Assembly: GCA_951406725.2 (NCBI GenBank)
Contig: OX597814.1
Location: 169,384,001 to 169,448,000 of the forward strand
Reading direction: 5' to 3'
Source: Octopus vulgaris
Lineage: Eukaryota
Length of the DNA stretch: 64,000 nucleotides
Shown here: positions 1 through 12,649 of the stretch, one piece after another
Numbering within the stretch: the stretch's first letter is position 1
Layout: every line of letters begins with the position of its first letter
The notes under the pieces: model-generated
Databases searched by the model: none
Told to the model about the DNA's origin: nothing
Seen by the model: the letters and a program-made list of their open reading frames with translations, nothing else
Program-made: the position numbers and the translations under genes

Positions 1-96
1 TCCTTGTGGTGTGGTAGCTTGTGTGCCACAATAATTCTAAGAGCAATGCCAATGGAGCACAAACACCTGGTAGGGTCTCCCATAACATATAACGTT

Positions 97-397
97 GCCC
101 TTTTCAAGCCTAACCAGGCTCATGATCCTGGTTTCCCAGTTTCTGTGGCATATGCGTTCCTCCCAGCTGGACAGGATACCAGTCCATCACAGCATTATTC
201 AAGAAACAGGAGGAGAGAGTGAGAGAAAGTGGTGGCGAAAGAGTACAACAGGGGTCACCACCACCCCCTGCTGGAACCTCGTGGAGCTTTTAGGTGTTTT
301 CACTCAGTAAATACACACAACGCCTGGTCTGGGAATTGAAACCGCGATCCTCCGACCGCAAGTCTGCTGCCCTAACCACTGGGCCATTGCGCCTCCA
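97..397 (-). mobile_element. tRNA-derived SINE, family D
   Basis: Reverse strand begins GGAGGCGCAATGGCCCAGTGGTTAGGGC (A-box-like) followed by GGTTTCAATTCC (B-box-like); homologous copies at 20177 and 24972. Confidence 0.85.
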
Positions 398-909
398 CAT
401 ACTGGAGTAAAACAGTAAAAAGAGTAAGAGTAATCCCTAAAATACTACCATGGGCCCAAAAACGTTTTATATGAACCTCCCCAGGGTTCATATGGACCCA
501 GTTGAGAACCACTAGCTTAAGTGTAAAATAAATATTATAAGTGAGGTTTTCAACTTATTTAGAATAATACTGCAAATAAATCAAAAATTGAAATAGGGAA
601 AACTAGGAGCAGTTTGCTCCATAGTGTTCCTTCACAATTTTGATTAAAATCTGGAAGATTTTTTGCAGTTTGAATTCCTGTTTTCAATTTCAATCTTAAT
701 GATATTTTCAGTTTTCAAGATGATGTTCCATAGCATTGTGTCAGATTGTCAGATGTTTTGTGGTTGGCTGTCAGCTTTCCATATTTGATACTGGCAAAAC
801 ACATTGACTTCACCATTTGTTGTCAAATGTGCAGTTGTGTAGTGTTTCTTGATGAGGACATGAATGTGGTCTGTTGTGCCAGAGAAAGGAGAGAGAGGGA
901 GGAAGAGCA

Positions 910-924
910 AGAGATAGATAGATG

Positions 925-991
<67 letters not shown>

Positions 992-1190
992 GGATAGATA
1001 GATGGATGGATGGATGGATGGATGGATGGATGGATGGATGGATGGATGGATGGATGGATGGATGGATGGATGGATGGATGGATGGATGGATGGATGGATG
1101 GATGGATGGATGGATGGATGGATGGATAGGTAGGTAGGTAGGTAAGTAGGTAGGTAGGTAGATAGATAGATAGATAGATAGATAGATATA
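910..1190. repeat. Compound (GATA)n/(GATG)n/(GGTA)n microsatellite
   Basis: Directly visible. Confidence 0.98.
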
Positions 1191-1251
1191 GTGTGACTGA
1201 TTGGGGGAGTTTACAAGGCTCTACAATTCTTGTTAATATTGTTGCTTCTTA

Positions 1252-1615
1252 AGATGATGAGCTGGCAGAATTGTTGACCCACCAGACAAAATGCTAAGGG
1301 TCATTTTGTTTGCCTATACATTCTAAGTTCAAATTCTATGGTCGACTTTGCCTTTCATCTTTTCGAGGTTGATAAAATGAGCACTAGTTAAGTATTGGGG
1401 CTGATGTAATCAACTAGGCCCTTTCCCTGAAATTGATGGCCTTATGCCAAAATTTGAAATCAATATTGTTGCCTCTGAATTGTTATTGCACCAGGCAAAA
1501 TGCTTAGTGGTATTTCGTCTGTCTTTATACTTTGAGTTCAAATTCTGCCAAGGTCGACTTTATCAGTTGAACACTGAAATTTTTGGCCTTTTGCCAAAAT
1601 TTGAAACCAATATTG
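1252..1615 (+). mobile_element. Two degenerate SINE family B copies (tRNA head plus Nin/Deu-like central domain)
   Basis: GAGCTGGCAGAA...GTTCAAATTC...GGTCGACTTTGCCTTTCATC motif shared with more than 10 copies in the window. Confidence 0.8.
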
Positions 1616-1925
1616 TTGCTTCTTGATTATTTCATTCACTTAGTTTTCATCGTGCTTTGTTTCCACCTAATTCTCTGCCACAATGTATTATGGATTTGCT
1701 GAAGAAGAAATATTTGTTCTTTGAAGTAATACACTTCTTTAACTGAAAGAGTTTCATTCCAGTGACTGGTCTGTATTTGTCTTTGAACCAAGCTTTATAA
1801 GTGGATTTTTTTCACCGTTGACTTTGTTTGCAATGCAAATGTGCATAATTTTGTAAACAATTTCTCTAACTAAAATCCAGATTTTCCTATGATGTTTCTT
1901 TTAAATAATACTTATACACTCTCAC

Positions 1926-2273
1926 ATGTATGTATGTATGTATGTATGTATGTATGTATGTATGTATGTATGTATGTATGTATGTATGTATGTATGTATG
2001 TATGTATGTATGTATGTATGTATGTATGTATGTATGTATGAATGTATTGTATGTATGTATGTATGTATGTATGTATGTATGTATGTATGTCATTGCTCAG
2101 TTTTATTTCAAGATTTCTTGCCAATAGAGAATGAGCTGGTTTCTAGCCTATATCCAAGGCTCCTTCATTGGAATTTCAACATCAGCAATAAGGTATTTTG
2201 TATGTATGTATGTATGTATGTATGTATGTATGTATGTATGATTGCATGCATGCATGTATGTATGTATGTATGT

Positions 2274-2313
<40 letters not shown>

Positions 2314-2360
2314 ATGTATGTATGTATGTATGCATGCATGTATGTATGTATGTATATGTG
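1926..2360. repeat. (TATG)n microsatellite blocks
   Basis: Directly visible; source of the MYVC/HTYI ORFs. Confidence 0.98.
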
Positions 2361-2434
2361 CAGATTTGTATGTCTTGCTTTATGTATGTATTCTCATGCA
2401 TATAGTTGCATATCTAGACATGCTCATATATATT

Positions 2435-3055
2435 TAAATGATAAACTTCTGAAAAGTTTACAGATTTTCACAGTTCCAGTCATGGATTGGATCTGTAGTC
2501 TTCAGATTAGCTTTCTCCTTTCTGGTTTTGAGAAGCCTAATTTCTCAAGATTATTATTTAGGTAGTGTGTGACATATCCCGAGGCCCAAAAATTACAGGT
2601 ATAAACTTGAAATTGCAATCTGGATAGAGTAACTGCAGATTTCTCAATAGTTCAGCATAGGTGTTCTCTTTTTCACTAATCTTCAGCTTTATGTTAACAT
2701 CAGCTGGGCAGCTAATTTCCACAACTGTGCATAGTTTTTTTTCTCTGTCTCAAATCACTATATCAGGTCTATTGTGCTTACAGTTATTGAGGTCTTCACT
2801 GAGACAGTCTACTAATACTCCTTTTTATTATGAGTGGTTATAGCTTCTACCATACAGTGGGTTCATATTTCTTTGTCTTCGGAGTTATCCTTCTGATGGA
2901 TTTCATTATAGAGTGTCCTAGATACAACATCAGGTCTCATCGGTAGATAATACCATGATGACATTTTCAGACAACTGCTTATGATGAGGGTGATATCTTC
3001 AGTGTTAACTCCACAAAGTCTGCAACAGTTGTCACATTTTACTGCTTTTCTTTTA
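2435..3055 (-). mobile_element. R4/Dong-type LINE 3' fragment (CCHC knuckle plus REL endonuclease), decayed
   Basis: Minus-strand translation CRLCGVNTEDITLIISSC ... HNRPDIVI*DREKKLCTVVEISCPAD...KENTYAEL...FIPVIFG, the PD-(D/E)xK REL motif, with stops. Confidence 0.85.
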
Positions 3056-3265
3056 TGTATGTATGTATATATGCATGCATGCCTGCATGTATGTATGTAT
3101 GTATGTATGTATGTATGTATGTATGTATGTATGTATGTATGTATGTATGTATGTATGTATGCATGCATGTATGTATGGATGGATGAATGTATATATGTAT
3201 GTATGTGTGTGTGTATGTATGTATGTATGTATGTATGTATGCATGTATGTATGAATGGATGAGTG

Positions 3266-3299
<34 letters not shown>

Positions 3300-3420
3300 T
3301 GTATGTATGTATGTATGTACGTATGTATGTACATGTGTATGTATGTATGTATGTATGTATGTATGTATGTACGTGTGTATGTATGTATGTATGTATTTAT
3401 GTATGTATGTATGTATGTAT
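3056..3420. repeat. (TATG)n microsatellite
   Basis: Directly visible. Confidence 0.97.
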
Positions 3421-3439
3421 AGATTGATGTATGTACATG

Positions 3440-3860
3440 CAGGGTGTCCAGAAAATCATAAGAGAAAAGGAAACATTTGCTGAAATTGCAACAAAAACTG
3501 GATACTGTTGAAATTTTTCTATAATATGAAGTAAAACGTGAAGTTTATACACAAATATTTTATAAATTTGTATTTGGCCCCTATCCATTGCATGAAGGAC
3601 ATCTAAACAATATTCAATTTTTGTCCATGTCCTTCTTGACACACCCTCATCAATAGTCACAATGGCAGTAGTGATTCTTTGCTTAAGTTCATCCAACTCC
3701 TTTATGCTACTTTGGTACATGATTTGTTTTGTATAACCCCACAAGAAAAAAGTCTATGGGTGTTATATCTAGGGAATGAGGGGTCAAGTAATTGGGCCAC
3801 TTTTTCCTATCCAGCAATCTGGAAACCTTTCATTTAAAAATCTGCAGATGGTTGCATGTG
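3440..3860 (-). mobile_element. Tc1/mariner transposase 3' fragment with terminal repeat
   Basis: FLNERFPDCWIGKSGPIT*P..SLDITP..FLWGYTKQIMY resembles WPPRSPDLTPLDFFLWGY; terminus CAGGGTGTCC at 3440. Confidence 0.85.
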
Positions 3861-4599
3861 AAATAAAATTTGAGTGAGGTCGTTGCCAGTGCTGCTGGAC
3901 TGGCTCCTGTGCAGCCCTGTCAGTTTACTGATCAAATGTGGTCAAAGATAGTTCTCTTAATGTATCAGTCTGCTTTCAGTGTTTTACTCTGTCTTTCTCC
4001 TTAGCAGCACAGTGATGAAGCTAGTTCCCATACACAATGGCCATGGAACCAGAAACAAATATTCTACCACATCTACAAAAATCTGTATATACACAAACAA
4101 CTCAGTGCAGTTGTATATTTCACATGGTGGTGGAAAAGTGTAGTTGACAAGGCTGTTAGAGAAAAGAAACAGGCCTGGAGCTACTAACAGTTTCGTGTGA
4201 ACGTATATTTAGGCAGGTTTTTATAATACACCTAGTGTCTCTAAACAATCTTTAGGCCCTGAGCACATGGTTTGTTCTGCTTGAAAATCTGGATGCAGGT
4301 ACATGAGAAATCACAAGAAAAAACAAAAGAAGGTTGATGCAAAAAACCAGAAGGGTAAATACAGTGGAGAAAGTAAAGAAAGAAAATTTGACTGTAGCAA
4401 CCATAGTTAAACTAGTTGTTATAGAATAATTAATAATTCGATGGAGAGGCATCCAAACTCTGCATGACAGCTGCTCAATCTGGAGAGAATGGTGTGCTCC
4501 AGTTTGCCAAAAGAAATTTATCTAAATGCTTGCATTTTCCTGAAAATTTCAGTTTTCCAATTAAGTAATGCAGTAGAATTCTTAGATCTAAAAGGAATG

Positions 4600-5310
4600 T
4601 GTGACATTTTGGTTATGCATAAGCTGCATTTTCAGATCCATTTACATCTGACATGGATTTTTCGACAATTTCCCACTTGATTGTATGTGGTGTGCAGTTG
4701 ATCTTCAAACTCAATACGCAGCTAGCCAACTTGGTGGCTTTACTTTTGTCAATGTGCTGGAAAGAAGATTGATGGTTTGCATAACATCTTTTGAAATTGC
4801 TTTCACATACACTGATGTAATTTTTCTTTTCAGTTAGCTTATCTTGAAGCATTGCTGTGACTTCTGTCTCATAGCCAACGGAGTTTACCATACACACCTA
4901 ATCTAGTGGGCTAGCAGTGTCTTGACAATTGCAGCTGGGAATAGGCTCTTGGTGATGCTTACGAGTGATTATGTTTTTCATATTGGGGCAGCAGCTGTAT
5001 GATATTTTAATTGAGTGTCTTTTAAAAATCTTCCCATATTTATGGTTTACTGGGAAATGCTTATCTAAAAAGAGACAGAAATTTATTGCCTACATTAGTT
5101 TTAGCTTTTTGAGAGAACGGTGGGGCGAAGCATATTACTTTCTTAGGCCTATTTTTTGGTGTAATTTTATGACAGATGTTTTTATTTGAAGGGTTGCAAT
5201 ATATTTTATCTTTGAAGCCACTGTTAGCTAGAGCATTGTTATAGTAGGGGGCTGCCATATCAAATATTTCTTTAGAGGAGGAGAGATTAGATATGCTATT
5301 ACTGATGTCA
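4600..5310 (-). mobile_element. Penelope-like element fragment (RT C-terminus, linker, GIY-YIG endonuclease)
   Basis: YYNNALANSGF...CFAPPFSQKAKTNVGNKFLSL...KISYSCCPN...CNC...GYETEV...YISVCESNFKRCYANH...KWEIVEK; frameshifted. Confidence 0.85.
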
Positions 5311-6354
5311 GCTATCAGATTAAGTACTATAGAGGACTGACTTCACAGTAAACCATAATAAATACAGGAAGATTTTTGAGCTTCCATCACAATTTCTTGA
5401 TAACTTATGTTCCAGTCACTAGCTTGATAATGACAAAGTTATTTCTTCAATATTTTCAAAATTAATGGAAACAAAGACAATGTATTTCAACATGTATTTC
5501 AAATATGGTAGCAAAAAAGGTTCTTCTATGTTCCAAATACCAGTCTATAAATGACAGTTATTTTACTAAATTGTTCGTTATTTTTTCAAAACTTTAATTG
5601 AAATAAAAGCAATTTATTTAAATAGAAACAGGGCATTTAAAGAGTTAAGACAGACCAGAAAAGGAGAACAGGGTCACTGACAGGATCTGAACCACAAACC
5701 ACCATATAGTTGTCTGCTTACCAAGGAGACAAGTGATAGATTTGAGGTTCAGATCCTTTCAGTGAGACTATGGTCTTCCTCTGTCTGAAAAATGGCTCTT
5801 ATAATAACTAATATAATTTTATGTGAAAATAATTTTTTCCTTCATAAGTATTATTCTAAAAACTTTAAAAACAATCCCTCAAGTGGTAAAAAAAAATCAA
5901 AGAGGAAAAACAGAAAAAATCATCAGAATCTATAAAAACAATTAAATAAAATTATCATTACAACTGTTTCTTTTCCTAATATATTTTATTTTAATGTTAT
6001 TCTTACTGCAATTTTTGTTAGTTTTTATCAATGTAATTCTTATTAGTGTTATTTTTGTTGAAATTTATATTAGTATTATTTTAATGTAATTTATATTAAT
6101 TTTTTTTATGATAATGCCATTTTAATTAATATTATTTTTGTTAATTTTATCATAATTAATATTGGCTTTATCAATGTTATTTTTATTACTGCTGCTTTTT
6201 ATAAATTCTATATCCATTAATCTTATTTCTGTTAATCTTATTTTTGTTAATTTTATTTTTGTTAATATTATTTTTATTAATGTTATTTTAGCCAATGTTA
6301 TTTTTGCACTTTAACAGAAAAATCAAGAAATAATTCTAATATTAGTTCTGTTGA

Positions 6355-6610
6355 AGATGGTGAGCTGGAATATTTCTTAAATTAATGACACTTGACCATT
6401 CTATGAAATACCACAATATTGATAGTGTTAACTCCATTACATGCTTGTTGGCATTTCTTGTGGTCCTTTATTCTGGGTTCAACTGCCACTAAGGTTGACT
6501 TTGCCATTCATGTGTTAGGGATCAATAAAATAAATAACAGCTGTGCACTGAGGTGATGTAATTAACTCCCCTTAAAATTGCTGGTCTTGTGCCAAAGTTA
6601 GAAAGAATTG
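6355..6610 (+). mobile_element. SINE family B with a foreign 80-bp insert in its head
   Basis: GGTGAGCTGG...GGTTGACTTTGCCATTCAT...; 6364-6443 matches 10014-10093. Confidence 0.7.
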
Positions 6611-6660
6611 TTAGCACTGCCATGTAAAGAACACTGGTGCTAGCATCACTTCGAATGCAC

Positions 6661-7337
6661 TCATGCCTATACCATGTATAAAATGAACTCATGCCCGTAC
6701 CATGTATAAAATGAACTCATGCCTGTACCATGTATAAAATGAACTCATGCCTGTACCATGTATAAAATGAACTCATGCCTGTACCATGTATAAAATGAAC
6801 TCATGCCTGTACCATGTATAAAATGAACTCATGCCCGTACCATGTATAAAATGAACTCATACCTGTACCATGTATAAAATGAACTCATGCTTGTACTATG
6901 TATAAAATGAACTCATGCCTGTACCATGTATAAAATGAACTCATGCCTGTACCATGTATAAAATGAACTCATGCCTGTACCATGTATAAAATGAACTCAT
7001 GCCTGTACCATGTATAAAATGAACTCATGCCTGTACCATGTATAAAATGAACTCATGCCTGTACCATGTATAAAATGAACTCATGCCTGTACTATGTATA
7101 AAATGAACTCATGCCTGTACCATGTATAAAATGAACTCATGCCTGTACCATGTATAAAATGAACTCATGCCTGTACTATGTATAAAATGAACTCATGCCT
7201 GTACCATGTATAAAATGAACTCATGCCTGTACCATGTGTAAAATGAACTCATGCCTGTACCATGTATAAAATGAACTCATGCCTGTACCATGTGTAAAAT
7301 GAACTCATGCCTGTACCATGTATAAAATGAACTCATG
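6661..7337. repeat. 28-bp minisatellite, about 24 copies (TCATGCCTGTACCATGTATAAAATGAAC)
   Basis: Period 28 read directly (6661, 6689, ...); near-identical units with no spacers. Confidence 0.97.
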
Positions 7338-7339
7338 TC

Positions 7340-7575
7340 GGTGTCGGTGTCATGTAAAAAGCACTTGTGCGGATGTCATGTAATAGCATCCATGCCAATG
7401 CTGTGTAAAAACTACCAAGTACACTCTGTAAAGTGGTTGGTGTTAGGAAGGGCATCCAGTCACAGAAACCATACCAAAAGAGACATGGAACCTGGGCAGC
7501 TTTCCAGCTGGTCAACTCCTGTCTAACCATCCAGCCCATGTCAGGATGGGAAACAGACATTACATGAAGATGATA
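7340..7575 (+). mobile_element. RTE-tail repeat (family C)
   Basis: GTGGTTGGTGTTAGGAAGGGCATCCAG core and GAT-type tail shared with many copies. Confidence 0.7.
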
Positions 7576-7798
7576 CTCTTTTTATTTTTTGTTTCAGTCA
7601 TGTGACTGTGGCCATGCTGGAGCACTGATTTTGGTCGAGCAAATTGACCCCAGGACTTATTCTTTGTAAGTCTCGTACTTATTCTATTGGTCTCTTTTGC
7701 CAAACTGCTAAGTTACGGGGACGTAAATACACCAGCATCAGTTGTCAAGCAATGTTGGAAGGACAAACACAGACACACAAACATATACACACATATAC

Positions 7799-7858
<60 letters not shown>

Positions 7859-8013
7859 GACAGGCTTCTTTCAGTTTCTGTCTACCAAATCCACTCACAA
7901 GGCTTTGGTCGGCCCGAGGCTATAGTAGAAGACACTTGCCCAAGGTGTCACGCAGTGGGACTGAGCCCGGAACCATGTTGTTCATAAGCAAGCTACTTAC
8001 CACACAGCCACTC
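7576..8013 (-). mobile_element. tRNA-derived SINE family A, full length
   Basis: Reverse strand GGAGTGGCTGTGTGGTAAG...GGTTCCGGGCTCAGTCCC head, internal (TA)n, GACTGAAAC tail; more than 10 copies in the window. Confidence 0.9.
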
Positions 8014-8433
8014 CTGATGATGATGATTGATGATGATGATGATAAGGATGATGATGATGATGATGATGATGATGTATCAAGTAACACACCCTATAATATC
8101 CCTATGTTTCTCATATTTCAAAGAAGGGTTACATGCAAAGTTTCTTTTTTTTGTTTTTTGTCTGCAAAGCTTCCAAAACTCAAGACAGAAATAGAGGAAG
8201 ACACAAGTCACTGACTACTGAGGTCAGATGTTGAGCATGAAAGTAATGAGTCACTCTAGGATGAGAAGACTGGTTTGAATGCTTACAATAGAGTGGACTT
8301 TATTAATGATGCCTAAGGATCAAGTGATAAACGTTAAACTAACTACTCGATCAAGTCAAGAGGTCAACTTATTCTCCTTAATTTCTGAGTGCAGAAAGGC
8401 AAAAACAATAGACTGAAGGTTTATTTATTTGAA

Positions 8434-9481
8434 CCCTTTCGTTACCAAACCGCCCAAAGCCGTCCGAAAAAAATTTTGGTTAATGTGACCAAACCGCCCG
8501 AATTTACCTATTCATATTTAAATGAGAATATCAGAGCAAATCTCTTTAGTACATTCGTGAAAACACGTATTATACTTCGTAAACAGTTCAACTACAGTTT
8601 TGTACAATAATCGAAGTGTAATTTTAATTCCGTGAATTTTGAGAGATTTTTTTCCGAAATTTGTTCCTATTGTGTTTTCAAAATTTGTAATTCTGACAAA
8701 AAATGGATACGAATTTCATTATATCAAGCAGCTTCTACTGAAGACCTTCATAAATCTAACTCTATGACTGAAAAAAAAAAGCACATGGTATTTGATAATG
8801 AATCTGATGTTTCATTTTCCGAAAGTGAAAACAGTGAATTCGAGAGCTCCGACAGTGATAAAGAAAACGAATTGGCACCTGAATGGAGTGAAAATTTAAA
8901 AACTGTTTCTTTCGGTGATTTTTCTGAAGAAACTGGACCAAGCCACAGACTTTCCCAGAGGAGTAAAGCCTTAGACTATTTCTTTTTACTTTTTCGAATG
9001 AGCCTATTTGAAATCATTACGGCGAAAACAAACCGTTACGCTAAACGTAAACAAAGCGAAAGAAACGATAGTTTGTGGTTTCCCATAACCTTAAATGAAA
9101 TTAAGACTATTTTGCCGCAAATATTATTATGGGTATCAGAAAGTTACCCAGAATAACAAATTCTATCGTAAAATTTTGTTGTATACCCAATTGAATATTA
9201 GCTAATAACCCATTTTCTATAGCGATGTTTGAACAAAATTTTAATTTTATATATTGTTGAATTTACCTGTATCTACCTGCAATTAGAGTCACTTTGTGAC
9301 TGACAAAAATTATAGTATAGAATTGGTTGAGAACATTTCATTAAATTATCTTCCAAAAATCAGATTAATATATTGATAAATAAAAAAGTTATAGTTGTTT
9401 AATGAAACCAGACTAAATTTATGATTACGTTAGAAATTAATTGAAACACATATTTTGGTCAGAAATATAGTAACGAAAGGG
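8434..9481 (+). mobile_element. Non-autonomous piggyBac element (internally deleted transposase)
   Basis: 12-bp TIR CCCTTTCGTTAC / GTAACGAAAGGG; right TSD TTAA (9482-9485), left TGAA; ORF 8632-9156 has an acidic N-terminus then DYFFLLF...TNRYA...W.PITLNEIK, and shifted frame NIIMGIRKLP, typical of piggyBac/PGBD transposases. Confidence 0.9.
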
Positions 9482-9679
9482 TTAAAAAATGTGGATTGGG
9501 TTTCAAATCTTAGTTTACCTCTTTTGTAGCTGTTTCCTACACTATCACCAACCCACACCTGTTTCCAAGTAAGGCAATATTTCCCATGAGCAGTCCTGTT
9601 ATCAAGGAATATAAGGAATGAAGGACACCGCTTATATGATCGTGACACTCATTTACAACTATCGCATAATTTCAAGGCA

Positions 9680-9696
9680 AGTAATCACTTACACAT

Positions 9697-9745
<49 letters not shown>

Positions 9746-9915
9746 TGACAGGCTTCTTTCAGTTTCTGTCTGCCAATGTCGTCATTCACAAGGCGTTAAT
9801 CAATCTGGAGTGTTAGTAAAAAAAAACACTTGCCCAAGGTACCACACAGTGGAATTGAACCTGAAACTGTGTGGTTTAGAAAACAAAACTTCTTAGTGTA
9901 CAGCCATGCTTGCAC
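9680..9915 (-). mobile_element. Degenerate SINE family A 5' half
   Basis: GGCTTCTTTCAGTTTC...CACTTGCCCAAGGT motifs. Confidence 0.75.
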
Positions 9916-10142
9916 CATGTAATTTAATAAATCAATCTTCCAATAAATTCTCATTTCTTTCCATTTCCATTTTATTTTATTTTTAAATCTCTCGTGAGAC
10001 TATTTCTGATTCTGCTGGAATATTTCTTAAATTAATGACACTTGACCATTCTATGAAATACCACAATATTGATGGTGTTAACTCCATTACATGGTTTCTA
10101 TAGGTCAGGTTTTAAATCGATATCTCTGATGGTGTTGTTCGA

Positions 10143-10190
<48 letters not shown>

Positions 10191-10839
10191 TGATAATGAT
10201 AATAATATATTATCAAAATGAGAAATTTCTAAACCTCATATCAAGTTCCATTTGATAATGTTGTCTTTGATAATAACGATGATACACTCCTTAATTAAGT
10301 TAACTTCCTTATTTTGATATTAGTGAATTCAATTTCTTTTTTTTTTTTTAGAATTATCTGATTTATCTCTCTATGTGTAATGGAACTTTCACTGACTTTC
10401 ATATGATCATATATATAGCTAACATGATGAACAAAAGCCAAAAAGGAACCGCTGCATGTTCAATAGATCTGCTTGAAATAGCAGCCAAATTTCTTTCAAA
10501 TGACACTTTGCTAGCTGAAAAAAGAAGACACATTTGCTTGTGCTGTCCAAAATAAACACTATAACTGAAAAAAATTCTTATGATGGCCATGGCTATGATG
10601 CTCCTCTGCTACTCCAGCTCATGCTCAGAGATACACATATTGTCAGCCAACAAGGGACATGCTGGACTGGTTAAGGTCAAACAGCTGACAAGCAAAGTTG
10701 TATTGAGCACAATATTTGCTCTCGTCCATCTTTTATACTAAGACAAAGCATGTACATGATAACACTTCCAATCATTTAATATCAGAAGCCATGGGAGCCA
10801 GTGCCTGGTATTTATTGCTATTATTATTATTATTATTCA

Positions 10840-11252
10840 GTAGTTTTATTTTTATAGCGTGCTTTCACTTCACTACCGAGCGCAGCTCTGTGTGCCTTGG
10901 GTATGTGCAAGAGACAACAAGTTGGAAGTTCATGTTGGTGTCATGCTTAGGGTGCCATATATTTGGTTTTGTACATAGTGTTGTTCTAGAGAATGTTTAA
11001 GAAATCATATGAAAATTATGTTTGTTTTAAAACTTGAGATTACATAGAAAGTATTTTGCGTAGGATATGAGCAGTTCCCATGAGCACTATCATTTGAATT
11101 TTTGCCATTTTGGGGTTTCCTGGTATCTGAGCCAGGTAGCAATCAGCCCCTTTTGCTATCATTCCCAGGGCACCTATGACAACAGGTATTGTTTTAGTCT
11201 TCAGGTTCCACATTTTGCTAATTTCTATTTCAAGATCTTTATATTTGCTCAG

Positions 11253-11255
<3 letters not shown>
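10840..11255 (-). mobile_element. R4/Dong-type LINE 3' end between (AAT)n tracts
   Basis: [31 protein letters not shown]...GTAHILRKILSM* plus 3' UTR. Confidence 0.9.
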
Positions 11256-11312
<57 letters not shown>

Positions 11313-11329
11313 AATATTATTAAGCTCCT

Positions 11330-12596
11330 CCCTTTGACGGAGCTGCAGTCCTGCATGAAGATTAGATTGAAACTGGGAGCCTGACACTTAGAATGTTGTC
11401 AGGCACTTACAGACCTCTACCAGTCGGTCAATGGGATCAGTGGATGTTCTACTTTAGAAATTTATAGAGTATTAGTGGTGGGGAAGTGCAACAACGTTTT
11501 CAGGAAGACTCTGGCTGGCAACAAAAATGAACTGGCTAGTCTGCTCCAGAGGACTTTCTGGTCAGAACTACCATGGCAAGCTGGCAGAAATGTTAGCATG
11601 CCATGCGAAATGCTTAGAGGTATTTCATCTGTCTTTACGTTCTGAGTTCAAATTCCGCCAAGGTCGACTTTGCCTTTCATCCTTTTGGGGTTGATAAATT
11701 AAGTACCAGTTATGCACTGGGTTCGATGTAATCGACTTAATCCCTTTGTCTGTCCTTGTTTAGCCCCTTGTGGGCAATAAAAAAATAAGGAACTACCACG
11801 GATAATTTCCAGATGTCCTTGAACTGGCAGTGCTACCAGGGGGCACTACCAGCTCAAGATAATCTCTACTGGCATGGATGTGCTATCAGACAGGCTTGTC
11901 CAAGGTGCTCGCAGAGTGATGAAATTGTTCTGCTTGCACTCATTCAGTGTCTGGGCATTGCTGACTTGTGGGTTATGTCAAACAGCTGCTATCACATGTG
12001 GGATGGATCCATCTATCAGTCGAGTCTGTAGTAATGGTTTCCCTACCTACCTCCTTCAATCAGGCAGGCAAGGCAGTTTTCCTTTGCTTAGTGGCTGTGG
12101 TAAAAGAGGTTGTTTGGTGGACAAGGCTGAAAGGCACGAGAACAGATACATTCCTCTTTGGTAGAGCTCTCACTGACTTCTTCAAGTTTCACTTGAAAAA
12201 AAATTGTGAGTGGAGCGAGAAGTGCTGTCTTCAAGTGAGTTTATTGAAAGATGGGTGAAAGTTGTGAAAAATGGCAAGAGTGGGGGAGTCAGAGAGAAGG
12301 AATTGGAGTGGACACTTGCTCTTGGTGTTCAGGGAAATCTCAGATAGTGGGGTTGCTCGATTATCCCTAAAGGTCATTCTGTATAAGGAAGGCTATCATC
12401 CTCTCCTCACTTTTGTTTTTATCCTTTGTATACTGTGTATATGTCTCTTCCCTTTCATTGTATACAGTGTATACTTACTTTTTTTATAAATATTTTATCA
12501 TTTCATCATATGTAAATCCCCATATTTTATGTCTGTCTTTGTATTGTACCCTTCATCCTTCACCCTGGTGGCAAATAAATGAAATCATTATCATTG

Positions 12597-12600
<4 letters not shown>
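11330..12600 (+). mobile_element. L1/Tx1-like LINE 3' fragment (zf-RVT region plus 3' UTR)
   Basis: WQCYQGALP..D.LY...ACPRCSQSDE...LIQC..IADLW ... KEVVWWTR; related fragment at 47740. Confidence 0.75.
11574..11790 (+). mobile_element. SINE family B inserted in the L1/Tx1 fragment
   Basis: Family B consensus; flanked by repeated GAACTACCA (11545-11553 and 11790-11798), a probable TSD. Confidence 0.88.
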
Positions 12601-12646
<46 letters not shown>

Positions 12647-12649
12647 TTC

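Noticed and set aside
700-870. Possible minus-strand terminal exon ([12 protein letters not shown]...)
   Set aside because: The acceptor derives from a GA microsatellite; no recognisable homology or upstream exons
1620-1890. Unique-looking segment tested for coding on both strands
   Set aside because: Frames checked were interrupted or unrecognisable
2113-2562. Two apparent in-phase + strand exons (DFLPIENELV... / IFTVPVMDW...) with AG/GT ends
   Set aside because: The second is the antisense of a REL-LINE C-terminus and the first is probably its 3' UTR
6661-7337. CRISPR-like array
   Set aside because: Contiguous 28-bp units with no unique spacers, no cas genes, eukaryotic context
8632-9156. 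Domesticated PGBD host gene
   Set aside because: Lies between intact TIRs, frameshifts near 9110 and lacks the catalytic domain
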